DNA of 64,000 nt from an uncultured Fibrobacterota bacterium (GCA_963729895.1 CAVSQB010000001.1:33868-97867); one strand, 5' to 3'. Positions 29,214-39,400 are shown, numbered from the stretch's first letter. Notes: a model not told the origin generated them from the letters alone. Numbers and translations are program-made.

Positions 29214-30039
29214 AGGCGTGCAAGCCTCCAAGCACGAGATTTGCAAAGAAGGTAAGGAGGGTGCACAAAAATCCAATGGAGCTCAGGACGATTGCGCGTG
29301 TGCCGACCCAGCCCCGAACGAGCCTGGCGTGAAGATATGCCGTATACACGAGCCAGACAATAAGGGAACCCACCTCTTTGGGGTCCCAGCTCCAGAATGT
29401 GCCCCAGGCCTGCTCCGCCCAAATCGCGCCGGCAAAGAGGGCCCCTATTGTGAAGAGCGGATACCCTACGGTGACGGCTTTGTAGCTGACAAGGTCAAGC
29501 TTCTTCAAGTCGGGCATCCGGTTGCCGAATGCGGAGTCTTCGGGAAGCGCCTTTTTGATGAAGTACATTATATTGGCTGCGAACCCGACCACAAACGCGG
29601 ATTCGCCGAGCGCAGCAACCGACACATGGATCTGCAGCCAGTAGCTGTGAAGGGCAGGCATGAGCCGGATCGACATGTCCTTGGGGAGCAGCGACGCGCT
29701 TGCCATGAGCATGAAAATGACCGGGCTGATGAAGGCGCCGATGATTTGCATTTTGTAAACTCTGAGCGACACGAAATACAGTATGGCCGCAAACCAGGCA
29801 AACAAGCTGATGTATTCGAACATGTTTGTAAGCGGAAGATGGTGTGCGGCGACACTGCGGAGAATGATCGCCATGGTCTGTAAAACCAGGCCGATTCCCA
29901 TGAGTCCGGTCGCGGCAAAGCTTATTTTTTTCCGCCCGACGGCCAGAAACACCACATAGAGAAGGCACGCGGCGGAATAGGCGATAAAGGACAGCCAGAA
30001 GAATTCAACATCACTTTGCACTATTGCGTGACTTGCCAT
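29206..30039 (-). CDS. ccsA: Cytochrome c synthase CcsA/ResC (system II)
   Basis: WAEQAWGTFWSWDPKE (WWD domain), YLHAR, GLHAY. Confidence 0.95.
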   Translation of the reverse strand: MASHAIVQSDVEFFWLSFIAYSAACLLYVVFLAVGRKKISFAATGLMGIGLVLQTMAIILRSVAAHHLPLTNMFEYISLFAWFAAILYFVSLRVYKMQIIGAFISPVIFMLMASASLLPKDMSIRLMPALHSYWLQIHVSVAALGESAFVVGFAANIMYFIKKALPEDSAFGNRMPDLKKLDLVSYKAVTVGYPLFTIGALFAGAIWAEQAWGTFWSWDPKEVGSLIVWLVYTAYLHARLVRGWVGTRAIVLSSIGFLCTLLTFFANLVLGGLHAYG

Positions 30040-30048
30040 GATTTCTTC

Positions 30049-31419
30049 CTATCGTAGAATTTCCTTCAGCGACGCCCCTGTTCTTTCAAAATCCTTTTGG
30101 GAATCGCCGGCGGCTTTGGATGACGTCCAGCCGAGGGTGACTTCGGAATTACCGGCGGGCTTCGACTCAATCAGGATCCAGAGACTTCTCCGGGAGACGT
30201 AAAAAACGGCGAGGATCCCCAGCGTCATGCATATGATCCCGAACCAAATAACAGGCTCTCCCGGGTTTCTTCGGATTTGAATGCCGGTATAGTAGGAAGG
30301 CGTGTAGGAGTCGACGATCACCTTGTACGCCTGGTTTTCCGCGTGCTGTTCCGGAAATTTGAAGAACGCCCAGTGGTTGTACAGAGTGTCCCTCCCCCGG
30401 AAGAGCATGACCTTTACCGCGGGGTTATTGGGCTCCTCGGATCTGGACGATGCCTGGCGCGTTTCCATATCTATGATAAAGTCGGGTATAAAACCGGTAG
30501 CAAGGACCGTTATGTCCGTAGTGGGGAGCCGGAACACGGAATCATAAGGAATGGTGCCGTCAAATCCTTGGCCGGGCAACGTGGGCCCCGATATCCTGAG
30601 CGCCACGTCCGTCGCTTTCTCCGGGTCCTGCCCGTAACTTGACTGATAAAACCTGATGCCTTGAAAGGTCAAAGGATTGTTGACCGCGATTATTTTGTCG
30701 ACGACCGGTGAGCCTTCGGGAGAAAGCACGCTCAATTTGGAAAGATATTCCCGGATTGAACCGTCATCGTTGTGTTCCAGTTTAAACCAGTCGCACCGGA
30801 CAAGAAACGAACGGCCCGGTACCGCGGTGACCTGGCCTTTTTTGAGCTGTTTGACAATAGAATACCCGTACCTTGTTCCGACAAGTCCGCCCACCAGGAG
30901 GATGACGATGCTGACGTGAAAAACGAGGGAACCCGCATCCTTGAGCAATCCTTTGCGCGCGGCTATCTGCACCCCTGCTTCGCCATGCAGCACCTTGACA
31001 CTGTAAAGATGCTTCTTGAGATACGCGACCACGGCCTCCAGGGCGGCCCGGCTTTCCTTTTTTGAAGAAATCGTCATGGAATGCCTGAACTGACCGAAGG
31101 ATGACTTTCCCGGAAGGAAACTTTTCCTCACCGAATTTCTGGCGTTTTTCCAGAGGCGCGTGGAAGAACAAACAAGAATGTTGCTACAAAAAAGCACCAG
31201 CAGCAGGTAAAACCAGAACGTGGAGAAAACGTGGTCCATGCCGGCGGTCAGCATAGCGCGACCGGCCATGGAGCCCCATTTATGAATGTACAGTTCCTGC
31301 GGCAACTCCTGCGGAATGATGACCCCGAAAAAGGAGACCGCAGTGATGATAATAAGCAGGATTATCGCGACGCGGATGGAACCGAAAAATTCACCTGCTT
31401 TTTTCAGGGCCTTTATCAT
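30049..31419 (-). CDS. resB: Cytochrome c biogenesis protein ResB/Ccs1
   Basis: FHVSIVILLVGG, VNNPLTFQGIRFYQSSY, TGIQIRRNPG. Confidence 0.93.
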   Translation of the reverse strand: MIKALKKAGEFFGSIRVAIILLIIITAVSFFGVIIPQELPQELYIHKWGSMAGRAMLTAGMDHVFSTFWFYLLLVLFCSNILVCSSTRLWKNARNSVRKSFLPGKSSFGQFRHSMTISSKKESRAALEAVVAYLKKHLYSVKVLHGEAGVQIAARKGLLKDAGSLVFHVSIVILLVGGLVGTRYGYSIVKQLKKGQVTAVPGRSFLVRCDWFKLEHNDDGSIREYLSKLSVLSPEGSPVVDKIIAVNNPLTFQGIRFYQSSYGQDPEKATDVALRISGPTLPGQGFDGTIPYDSVFRLPTTDITVLATGFIPDFIIDMETRQASSRSEEPNNPAVKVMLFRGRDTLYNHWAFFKFPEQHAENQAYKVIVDSYTPSYYTGIQIRRNPGEPVIWFGIICMTLGILAVFYVSRRSLWILIESKPAGNSEVTLGWTSSKAAGDSQKDFERTGASLKEILR

Positions 31420-31825
31420 GGACGCGAAGCGCCTTTCATTTTAGTTCTGCACAGAGAAATGAGCAAAAAGCAGGGCCGAGGGTTGTCTTTTCCCGGCAGC
31501 CTTGTCTACGACGGTACATCCGGCGAAAACATGAGCAAGGGAAATACGAAAAATTCGCATTCATATTGCCGCGCGACATGATTTTCCGGCCGGGGATTGC
31601 TCGTCAACAGATTTCATTTGTTAAAATAGTATAATACGATCCGAGAAAAACCAATATGCTTCAATTGAAAGAGCATAACTCTGGCCGCTGTCTTTACGGC
31701 AAAAAATATGCCATCAAGAACGAGGTCAAGAAGCACGATCAACGGGTGCCCTCAACGTTGATGCAGATGCAGGGATGATTATCAGCCCGGAGGGAGGATG
31801 AAAAGAGTCCCCGCCCGCCTCCGGT

Positions 31826-31866
31826 GAAAAGAAGGCCGGGCGTCCCCGGAAGGGAGGCCCGGTTTT
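31826..31866 (-). terminator. Probable terminator downstream of the tetraheme cytochrome gene
   Basis: Minus strand AACCGGGCCTCCC-TTCCG-GGGACGCCCGGCC followed by TTCTTTT. Confidence 0.55.
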
Positions 31867-31872
31867 GAGTCA

Positions 31873-32421
31873 TTACTTGGCTGTTGCGGAGTCGCCGGCA
31901 GCCTTTGGTTTTGGATGGGCGATTTTCTTCTCCATCTCGGCAAACACGAAAGACTTGTAAAAGGGCGAATCGGTATTGTGACACTTGACGCATGTTTTCT
32001 CGTCGGGAATGTTAAGTCCGGCCGCGATAGCAAGCTTCTTGTCTTTCATAATCTTGAGTTTCGCATAATCGCTGCCAGCGCCATGACATGCTTCGCATTG
32101 GACTCCGTCCTTGATCGAAAAGGTGGAATCGAACCTTGAAGCAGGAAGGCCAAATCCCGTCACATGGCACTTGACGCATTTGTCGGCCTTTTGGGGGTCG
32201 CCTGTAATCCCGGCTTTTTTTGCCGCTTCCAGAGCCTTTGGAGTTGCAAGCTCGGCATAGGCATGAGCATGTTTGCTTTCCTGCCAGATTCTGAGCTGCT
32301 CGCCTTTACTGACCGCTTTGTGGCACATTCGTGCGCATCTTTCTGAACCCATGTATTTTGGCTCGCCAAAAACCATTCCTGTTAGAAATAACCCGCACAC
32401 CGCCACGGTCAGTATCCGCAT
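31873..32421 (-). CDS. Periplasmic tetraheme cytochrome c (c554-like)
   Basis: Signal peptide; YMGSERCARMCH (CX3CH), CVKCH, CEACH, CVKCH; AGGAGG RBS. Confidence 0.9.
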   Translation of the reverse strand: MRILTVAVCGLFLTGMVFGEPKYMGSERCARMCHKAVSKGEQLRIWQESKHAHAYAELATPKALEAAKKAGITGDPQKADKCVKCHVTGFGLPASRFDSTFSIKDGVQCEACHGAGSDYAKLKIMKDKKLAIAAGLNIPDEKTCVKCHNTDSPFYKSFVFAEMEKKIAHPKPKAAGDSATAK

Positions 32422-32602
32422 ATGCAACCTCCTCTGTGAATTAGGTAGATAGTTCTCATCAATTTCAAAAGGGAAAGGCAGGGTCGTGATCCAACCCTGT
32501 TATAATATAAATGAAATCACCGCATCCGCCAGACTTGTCATGATGGGATCTTCCGGCGCGGACCGCTGCTGATGGATCCGGTTGCTTACTATGACCCGCA
32601 CT

Positions 32603-33511
32603 TCACTGTCCAACCCATGTCCGCAGCTCATGGCACTGGTCGCAGCCCCCGACATCCACACGGCCGTTGATATGCAGGGAATCATTCACCTTCTGGGTCG
32701 CGAGATCGTAACCGGGATGACACAAACCGCACAGGTAAAAAGTGGAAAGAGGAATTAAGGAATCGACGTGGTGGGTCGTCAGTCTCAATTTGTCGAGGTT
32801 GTGACACCATCCGCATCCGGTGACGGTGTCCGCTATTGCGACAATGCCGGAATCTCCGGGTACCACGGAACCGTGGCAATACGACAAATTGCAGGTTTGC
32901 TTTACAGGATCGTAGTAAGTTATTCCGGTGGAGTCAAATTGTTTTGCAATATGAACGTCAATGACGCCATTGACATGGGTTTTCTTGGCTGCTGCCGTAA
33001 GCTGTGAATCGGAAGCGCCTATGTGGCAAAGGTCGCATGCGTAATGCATGGTATCGATGTGAGCGGCATGCATGCGGTCTCCAGGGGGCGTCACATGGCA
33101 GAAGCTGCAACCAGTTACGGTGTCCGTCGTCGCTACGGTTCCAGCATTGCTCGGGAGAGGGAAGGGAAGGAAAGAAAAGTTTCCGTGGCAATACATCAGG
33201 TTGCAGGTACCGGTCGAGGGATCGTAGTATGAAACTCCGGCGGAATCGAACAGCTTTGCAATATGAATCTGAACAACCCCCTGACCATGCCCCGGTGAAA
33301 CCGTTTGCAATGCGATGCTGGCGCCCGGGTGGCAAACATTGCAGGAGTAATTCATGGTATCCACATGAGCAAAATGCACAACATCCGAAGGAGGCAGTGC
33401 ATGACAAGCGAGACATTTGTTGTCGATGGTAGGGCTTGCACTATTAAGTTGAGCGCATCCCAAGAACATGGCCGCCACGGCAATAAGCGGTATGATTATG
33501 CACGCCTTCAT
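32603..33511 (-). CDS. Lipoprotein multiheme cytochrome c (7 CxxCH + 2 CX4CH; Geobacter CxxxxCH...CxxCH type)
   Basis: Lipobox FLGC; CLACH, CNVCH, CNLMYCH, CSFCH, CDLCH, CNLSYCH, CGWCH, CGLCH, CDQCH; internal repeat. Confidence 0.9.
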   Translation of the reverse strand: MKACIIIPLIAVAAMFLGCAQLNSASPTIDNKCLACHALPPSDVVHFAHVDTMNYSCNVCHPGASIALQTVSPGHGQGVVQIHIAKLFDSAGVSYYDPSTGTCNLMYCHGNFSFLPFPLPSNAGTVATTDTVTGCSFCHVTPPGDRMHAAHIDTMHYACDLCHIGASDSQLTAAAKKTHVNGVIDVHIAKQFDSTGITYYDPVKQTCNLSYCHGSVVPGDSGIVAIADTVTGCGWCHNLDKLRLTTHHVDSLIPLSTFYLCGLCHPGYDLATQKVNDSLHINGRVDVGGCDQCHELRTWVGQ

Positions 33512-33765
33512 CGTTTTCCCTCGTGGCAGCGGCTGCAAAAACGCGGAGTTTCGTGACATACGGTACATTCAAGCTGTTTTGTCTTTACATCAAGACCGTG
33601 CTCGAATTCGTACCCCGGCGAATGGACTTTGTACGGTGTGTTGCCTTGGTGGCACCGGTCGCAATACGAGGTTTCATGACACTTTTTACAGTCTGATCCC
33701 GGAAAGCGGGCCTGGTATCCGTGTCCGCCCTGGTAGAGCCATTGGTTGTCGTGGGAAACCGGTGC
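33508..33765 (-). pseudogene. 3' fragment of a multiheme cytochrome c (4 CxxCH), 5' end missing
   Basis: PVSH...CKKCH, CDRCH, CTVCH, CSRCH; stop overlaps the next start (ATGA); upstream frame is antisense of transketolase. Confidence 0.85.
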
Positions 33766-34146
33766 GTCGTGCTGCAGGGCAGCGAAGTTGCCACGGAATT
33801 TGTCACCGTTACGCTGCCCCGGCTCCTCAAAAAGAAGATCGAGATCAACGTATATTATGTGGCGAGCGCAGAGCTCTTTGACCTCCTTCCGAAAAGTGAA
33901 CAAACAAAGATATTCTCCGATGTACAGTCCCGGTTGGCAATGGGCATTACGGGCTTTACACTGCCGACGCTGTATCGCTGGATAACCTCGGAACCCGGGC
34001 GCGAATGCTCGCTGTATCCTTTTAAGAAAGGGCATTTTCTGGGAAGCGGCAGGGCCGAAATGGTCTTACGGGAGGCCGGGCTTGACGGGCAGGGCCAGTA
34101 TGAGGCAATTGTCAATTATCTGTCGAAGAGCAAGAATCGTTCATGA
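33766..34146 (+). pseudogene. 3' fragment of a transketolase-family gene, 5' end missing
   Basis: VVLQGSEVA...VYYVASAELFDLLP...GHFLGSG...EAGLD recognised as a transketolase C-terminal domain; no TPP-binding domain or start. Confidence 0.7.
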
Positions 34147-34176
34147 ATTCCTTTTGTTTTTCCAGGGAGGACAGTT

Positions 34177-34590
34177 ATGGCATCCGTTGTCATTATCGAT
34201 GATGATGAAGATCAGGTAAAAAACATGGTGCGCGTGCTTGAGTCGGACGGTCATGAGGTGCGGTTCGCCTACGATACCAAAAGCGGACTTGAATTGCTTG
34301 CGGGCCGGCTTCCCGATGTTCTGGTTCTGGATGTCATGTTTCCGGGAAACATGTCGGGCGGGTTCGATCTGGCGCGCACGCTGCGGGCGGATTCACGGTT
34401 CAAGGGGCTTCCGATAATCCTCCTGACCGCCATCAACCAGCTGTTTGCGTTTCAATTCGGCAGCAAGGACATCGACCCCGAGTGGATGCCGGTAACGGAG
34501 TATCTCGACAAGCCGGTTGATTTTCAGGAGCTTAAGGCCAAAGTCAAGAGCCTCTGCGGGAGCACGGGAACGGCGGCGCTATCAAGTTAA
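34177..34590 (+). CDS. Single-domain response regulator
   Basis: IIDDD, VLDVMFP (phospho-Asp), PIILLTA, KP; GGAGG RBS. Confidence 0.93.
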   Translation: MASVVIIDDDEDQVKNMVRVLESDGHEVRFAYDTKSGLELLAGRLPDVLVLDVMFPGNMSGGFDLARTLRADSRFKGLPIILLTAINQLFAFQFGSKDIDPEWMPVTEYLDKPVDFQELKAKVKSLCGSTGTAALSS

Positions 34591-34610
34591 ACGAGAGGAG
34601 GGACGAGCCC

Positions 34611-35057
34611 ATGAAGTTGGATACCATACTTGCAAACCTGACGGGGTTCGGCAAGGAGCTCGACGCTTTTTGTTCCGACCTGCGCGACCGGACACAGGAC
34701 GACAGCGTCCGCCTGCTCCTGTATCATATTGCCCGGTGGAAACGGCGGATCGCCTTGACGGTTGAGTGTTTGAAAAACACCGACAAGAAGGGAATTGAAA
34801 GTATCCCGCTGTCGAGCGATGACCTGACCTTCCTGTCGGAAAGGGTCTTTGCGGACACGTTTATCACCTCCACCGCAGGGAAGCTGGAGTTGCTCGACAC
34901 GGTGACCGGCGTTCTGGACGTGCTTGTTTCCTATTACGAATGGCTGGTGAGACAGCCGCTGAACGAGGGCATCAGGAACTTCTTCCAGGGTCTTCTCACG
35001 CAGCAGCTCGACGAAATAGAGCAACTGCGGAAGTTGAAATCAAACGTGGCGCTCTGA
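34611..35057 (+). CDS. Hypothetical helical protein, possibly degenerate ferritin-like
   Basis: 148-aa ORF with RBS, four-helix spacing; next to a ferritin-family gene. Confidence 0.55.
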   Translation: MKLDTILANLTGFGKELDAFCSDLRDRTQDDSVRLLLYHIARWKRRIALTVECLKNTDKKGIESIPLSSDDLTFLSERVFADTFITSTAGKLELLDTVTGVLDVLVSYYEWLVRQPLNEGIRNFFQGLLTQQLDEIEQLRKLKSNVAL

Positions 35058-35187
35058 ATTGATAAGCCGGAACGTGCGGCAACGGCCCCGGTCCCGCCGC
35101 GGGACGAAATTCCTCATGTATTCCGTTTGCCGCGTCGCCTGCCGCTCCGGGAACCATCACCTCCTGTTTCAATGAAACGAGCATTCC

Positions 35188-35673
35188 ATGCATGCGATCC
35201 GATTCAACGGCGACGAAGTCTTCACCATGGCGGAAGAAATTGAAAGGAACGGGGCCCGGTTTTACCGCGCCGCGGCCCAAAACAATCCGCGGGCGAAAGA
35301 CCTGCTCGTACACCTTGCCGAAATGGAAGATTCACATCTGGCGTCCTTTGAACAGATGCACAGGGACTTTTCGGCGGGAGAAACGGAAACGGGCGCGTTT
35401 GATCCGGAAGGCGAAGCGGCGGCGTACCTTTCCTCGTTGGCCGACGCAGAGGTCTTCGACCTCGGAAAGGATCCTCTCGCGACGCTGACGGGAAGAGAAT
35501 CCGACCAGGAAATCATCCGCATTGCGATCGGCCTGGAAAAAGACTCCATTGCCTACTATGTCGGCATGCGGGAATTAGCGCTCGGGCAACCGGACAAAGA
35601 ACGGATCGATCGCATAATCAAGGAAGAAATGCAGCACATCACGTTGTTACGCGCTCCGGCGTCCGGACGGTAA
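35188..35673 (+). CDS. Ferritin/rubrerythrin-like di-iron protein
   Basis: EEIERNGARFY, EMEDSH, LEKDSIAYY, EEMQH. Confidence 0.9.
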   Translation: MHAIRFNGDEVFTMAEEIERNGARFYRAAAQNNPRAKDLLVHLAEMEDSHLASFEQMHRDFSAGETETGAFDPEGEAAAYLSSLADAEVFDLGKDPLATLTGRESDQEIIRIAIGLEKDSIAYYVGMRELALGQPDKERIDRIIKEEMQHITLLRAPASGR

Positions 35674-35695
35674 AGCGGTGTTGCCGGAGGTAACG

Positions 35696-37006
35696 ATGCG
35701 CGCCGGGCCTTTTACGTTCAGGGGCGGAATACATCCTCCCGACGGCAAGGAGCGTTCGAAGGACAAGCCGATAGTAGCGGCGAAAATTCCGGCGCGCGTT
35801 GTCGTTCCGCTGCTTCAGCATATCGGCGCTCCCTGCGCGGCGGCCGTTACGGTCGGGCAGGCGCTTAACAAAGGTGATATTGTCGGCACGTCGGGCGGAT
35901 TCATCTCCGCGCCCGTCCATTCTCCGGTGTCCGGGAAGGTGACCGGCCTTGTGCACGCACCGCACCCTTCCGGCATGAAAGTGCCCGCCGTATCCATCGA
36001 AAATAATTTCGACGAAACGTGGAAAGATTTGCGCGATGAGCCGGAGTGTTTGGGGCTGTCGCGTGACGAAGTGGTGGGCCGCGTTCACGACGCCGGGATC
36101 GTGGGCATGGGCGGTGCGGCATTTCCGGCGCACGTAAAGCTGTCCCCGTCACACGGGTTTGCGATCGATACCCTTATTATCAACGGCGTTGAGTGCGAGC
36201 CGTATTTGACCGCAGACCACCGCCTCATGCTGGAGAAGCCCTTTGTTATCGCCGAAGGAGCAAAACTCATCATGAAGGCGCTCGGCGTTTCGCGATGCAT
36301 GATCGGCATAGAGTCCAACAAACCCGACGCCATCGCGGTGATGAAGGAGGCCTGCAACGGTACGGGTGTGACCGTGCACGCCTTGAAGATCAAGTATCCG
36401 CAGGGCGCGGAGAAGATGCTCATCAAGGCTCTTGTCAACAGGGAAGTGCCGCTGCGCGGGCTGCCCATGGCCGCCGGCGTGGTGGTGCATAACGTCGCCA
36501 CCGCGGCAGCCGTTTACGACGCGGTCCGGTACGGCAGGCCTCTCATCGAGCGGGTGGTCACCGTCACCGGCGACGCGATACGGGAACCGAAAAACCTGCT
36601 GGTGCGGATCGGCTCCACGGTCGCCGATGCCGTTGAAGAATGCGGCGGGTTTTCCAGGGAGCCGGGGAAAATAATCATGGGCGGCCCCCTGATGGGTTTT
36701 GCGCTGCCGTCAATGGACGTGCCCGTCACCAAAGGCACGTCCGGCATCGTCGCCCTGTCGAAAGAGACCGTGCTGCACAACGACGAATTCGGGCCGTGCA
36801 TCAAATGCGGCAGGTGCATCGACGTGTGCCCCATGGGCCTTGTGCCGTCCGTGCTCGGCGTGCTCGCCGAGAAAGGGTTTTACGAGGAGGCGAAGGCGTA
36901 CCGGGTCCACGACTGTTTCGAATGCGGATCGTGCACCTACGTGTGTCCCTCCAAACGGCCCATTGTCCAGTTTGTCAAACTTGCGAAGTCGCTGGTGAAA
37001 CCATGA
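35696..37006 (+). CDS. rnfC: Rnf complex subunit C
   Basis: QHIGAP, GIVGMGGAAFP, ECEPYLTAD, KYPQGAEK, two 4Fe-4S motifs. Confidence 0.97.
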   Translation: MRAGPFTFRGGIHPPDGKERSKDKPIVAAKIPARVVVPLLQHIGAPCAAAVTVGQALNKGDIVGTSGGFISAPVHSPVSGKVTGLVHAPHPSGMKVPAVSIENNFDETWKDLRDEPECLGLSRDEVVGRVHDAGIVGMGGAAFPAHVKLSPSHGFAIDTLIINGVECEPYLTADHRLMLEKPFVIAEGAKLIMKALGVSRCMIGIESNKPDAIAVMKEACNGTGVTVHALKIKYPQGAEKMLIKALVNREVPLRGLPMAAGVVVHNVATAAAVYDAVRYGRPLIERVVTVTGDAIREPKNLLVRIGSTVADAVEECGGFSREPGKIIMGGPLMGFALPSMDVPVTKGTSGIVALSKETVLHNDEFGPCIKCGRCIDVCPMGLVPSVLGVLAEKGFYEEAKAYRVHDCFECGSCTYVCPSKRPIVQFVKLAKSLVKP

Positions 37007-37016
37007 ACCGGAGCGC

Positions 37017-38030
37017 GTGATGGAAGCGGCACACACAGCGCCGTCCCTGTTGGTCTCGGTAAGTCCCCACATAAAAGACAGGGAGACAACCGCCCGCATC
37101 ATCTGGACCGTGAGCGCGGCGCTCGCGCCCGCCGGTGTGATGGGCGCGTTTTATTTCGGGCCGCGGGCGGTTTTGTCGATAGTTTTGTGCGTTGCCGCAT
37201 CCGTGGCAAGCGAGTACCTTTTCCAGAAATTGCTAAAGAGGAAAATTACCGTCAAAGACGGGAGCGCGTTTCTCACCGGCCTTCTGCTGGCCTTCAACCT
37301 GCCGCCGGCGGTCCCCTTCTACGTCCCGATACTCGGTGCGATGGTTGCCATTCTGCTCACCAAGCAGCTCTTTGGGGGCCTTGGATTCAATGTGTTCAAC
37401 CCGGCGCTCATGGGCCGGGTGTTTTGCGTCATCACGTTTCCCAGGCTGCTCACAACCTGGAGCGCGCCGACGGCGGCGTTTACGGCAATTGACGCAAGGA
37501 CCTGCGCCACGCCGCTCAACATTCTGAAGATGGACGGGATGGGGAAGCTTATCGAATCTTTCGGCGGCGCATCGCCGATGTACTTCCAGCTCCTGACGGG
37601 TCACCGGGGCGGCTGCATCGGCGAAACGTGCGTTGCCGCGCTTCTCGCGGGCGCACTGTTTTTGCTGTACAAAAAGTATATCACGTGGCACATCCCCGCC
37701 GCGTTTCTCGGCGCCGCAGGGATCATTGCCTGGATATTCGGGGGTGCGGGATCGCTGTTTTGCGGCGATCCGCTGTTTCATCTGTTAAGCGGCGGCATAA
37801 TTCTGGGCTCTTTCTTTATGGCAACCGACTACGTGACATCGCCGTCGTCGCGGGGCGGACGGCTCTTGTTTGGGGCCGGGTGCGGGTTTATCACCATGCT
37901 CATCCGGCTCAAAGGCGGCTACCCGGAAGGCGTGATGTTCTCGATCCTCATCATGAACTGTTTTGCGCCCCTTATCGACCGGGGGTTCAGGCCGCGGCTC
38001 TTTGGCGCAACAAAGGGGAAGAAGAAATGA
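37017..38030 (+). CDS. rnfD: Rnf complex subunit D
   Basis: SPHI, KQLFGGLGFNVFNPA, TCATPL (FMN-Thr), FMATDYVTSP. Confidence 0.97.
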   Translation: MMEAAHTAPSLLVSVSPHIKDRETTARIIWTVSAALAPAGVMGAFYFGPRAVLSIVLCVAASVASEYLFQKLLKRKITVKDGSAFLTGLLLAFNLPPAVPFYVPILGAMVAILLTKQLFGGLGFNVFNPALMGRVFCVITFPRLLTTWSAPTAAFTAIDARTCATPLNILKMDGMGKLIESFGGASPMYFQLLTGHRGGCIGETCVAALLAGALFLLYKKYITWHIPAAFLGAAGIIAWIFGGAGSLFCGDPLFHLLSGGIILGSFFMATDYVTSPSSRGGRLLFGAGCGFITMLIRLKGGYPEGVMFSILIMNCFAPLIDRGFRPRLFGATKGKKK

Positions 38031-38593
38031 TCGGCGCAAGGGACGTTGCGAAGATTTCGCTTAACCTCGTTGTGGTATACGTGGTTGGGGGCGCCTTGCT
38101 TGCCGCGGTATACGTGGAAACCTCGCCGATACTCTATCAAAATGCCGCCCGGGAAAAGAAGGCCGCGCTCCACAAGCTGATGCCCGAAGCGGACCGTATA
38201 GAGAAAAAGGGAGACTGGACGATTCACGAGAAACCCGCGGAATATTTTGTCGCCAAAAAGGATTCACTGGTGTGCGGATACCTTGTCGAATCGTACGGCA
38301 AGGGGTACTCCGGGTTGATCCACGTGCTGGTTGCCGTCGACACATCGGGCATCGTCAAGCGGATCAGCATTCTGTCGCACTCCGAAACGCCGGGACTGGG
38401 CGACGGGATAGAGGAGGGCTGGTTCACGGGCCAGTTTGCCGGGAAAACGTCGGCGCACATGAAGGTGCTCAAATCGCCCACGGTCGACAACATCCAGGCA
38501 ATTTCCGGGGCGACCATTTCGAGCAGGGCGGTCACCGAAGACGCGGTGAAGAAGGCGCTTGAACAGATTGCGAACGCTCACACGGGGAATTGA
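38027..38593 (+). CDS. rnfG: Rnf complex subunit G
   Basis: GKGYSG, ETPGLG, ISGATISS; ATG overlaps the rnfD stop. Confidence 0.95.
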   Translation: MIGARDVAKISLNLVVVYVVGGALLAAVYVETSPILYQNAAREKKAALHKLMPEADRIEKKGDWTIHEKPAEYFVAKKDSLVCGYLVESYGKGYSGLIHVLVAVDTSGIVKRISILSHSETPGLGDGIEEGWFTGQFAGKTSAHMKVLKSPTVDNIQAISGATISSRAVTEDAVKKALEQIANAHTGN

Positions 38594-38597
38594 CGCA

Positions 38598-39221
38598 ATG
38601 ACACCTGGGGCGGCGAAAACCGGCAATTGGGAACTTGTCCGCCGGGGCATTATCGACGAGAACACCATTTTCAGGCTCGCCATAAGCCTGTGCCCGGCCA
38701 TCGCGGTCACCTCCACGCTCAAGAACGGTCTTCTCATGGGCGTTGCCGTCTTGTTTGTCCAGGTGATGGTGAACGTTTCAATTTCCCTGATGAAAGGCTT
38801 TATCCACCCGCGGATACGGCTGCCCATCTTTATGCTGGTGATTTCCGGCTGGGTGACGATCACCGACATGCTGATGGCGGCGTTCGCGCCTGACGCGTAC
38901 CGGCAGATGGGACTGTACATACAGCTTATCGTCGCGTTCGCCTCGATCCTTGCGGGTGCTGAAATGTTCGCAAGCAAGAACTCGGTCGTCAAATCGTTCT
39001 TTGACGGAATCGGCCGCGGGACCGGGTTCCTGGTAGCGCTTGTGATCATCAGCGCGTTCCGGGAACTGCTGGGCAAGGGCGCGGTGCTCGGCGTCCCGGT
39101 GCTCGGCGGCGCAAGGCCCCTGCTCATCATGATACTGCCCGCCGGCGGGTTCCTGTCGGTGGGGCTGCTCATGGCGCTGTTCAATTGGCTCGATTCGAGG
39201 TTCTTGAAGAAGGAGAGTTAA
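38598..39221 (+). CDS. rnfE: Rnf complex subunit E
   Basis: SLCPAIAVT, IRLPIF, RELLGKG, ILPAGGF. Confidence 0.95.
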   Translation: MTPGAAKTGNWELVRRGIIDENTIFRLAISLCPAIAVTSTLKNGLLMGVAVLFVQVMVNVSISLMKGFIHPRIRLPIFMLVISGWVTITDMLMAAFAPDAYRQMGLYIQLIVAFASILAGAEMFASKNSVVKSFFDGIGRGTGFLVALVIISAFRELLGKGAVLGVPVLGGARPLLIMILPAGGFLSVGLLMALFNWLDSRFLKKES

Positions 39222-39400
39222 AGAAAAGTTTCTTGGCGGGTGCACCCGCGGAGACCTGTTGACTGGTGGACAAGAAGACGATTTTCTCATGTCCTTGGTG
39301 AAAGTGAAAGAGTAGTTGCAGGAAGTCTCTTGGTTTTTGCGCCAGGGGCGACGGAGGGTGGCCAGAGCGCAGTGCCGGCCGACCCGGCCGCCAGGCCTAG

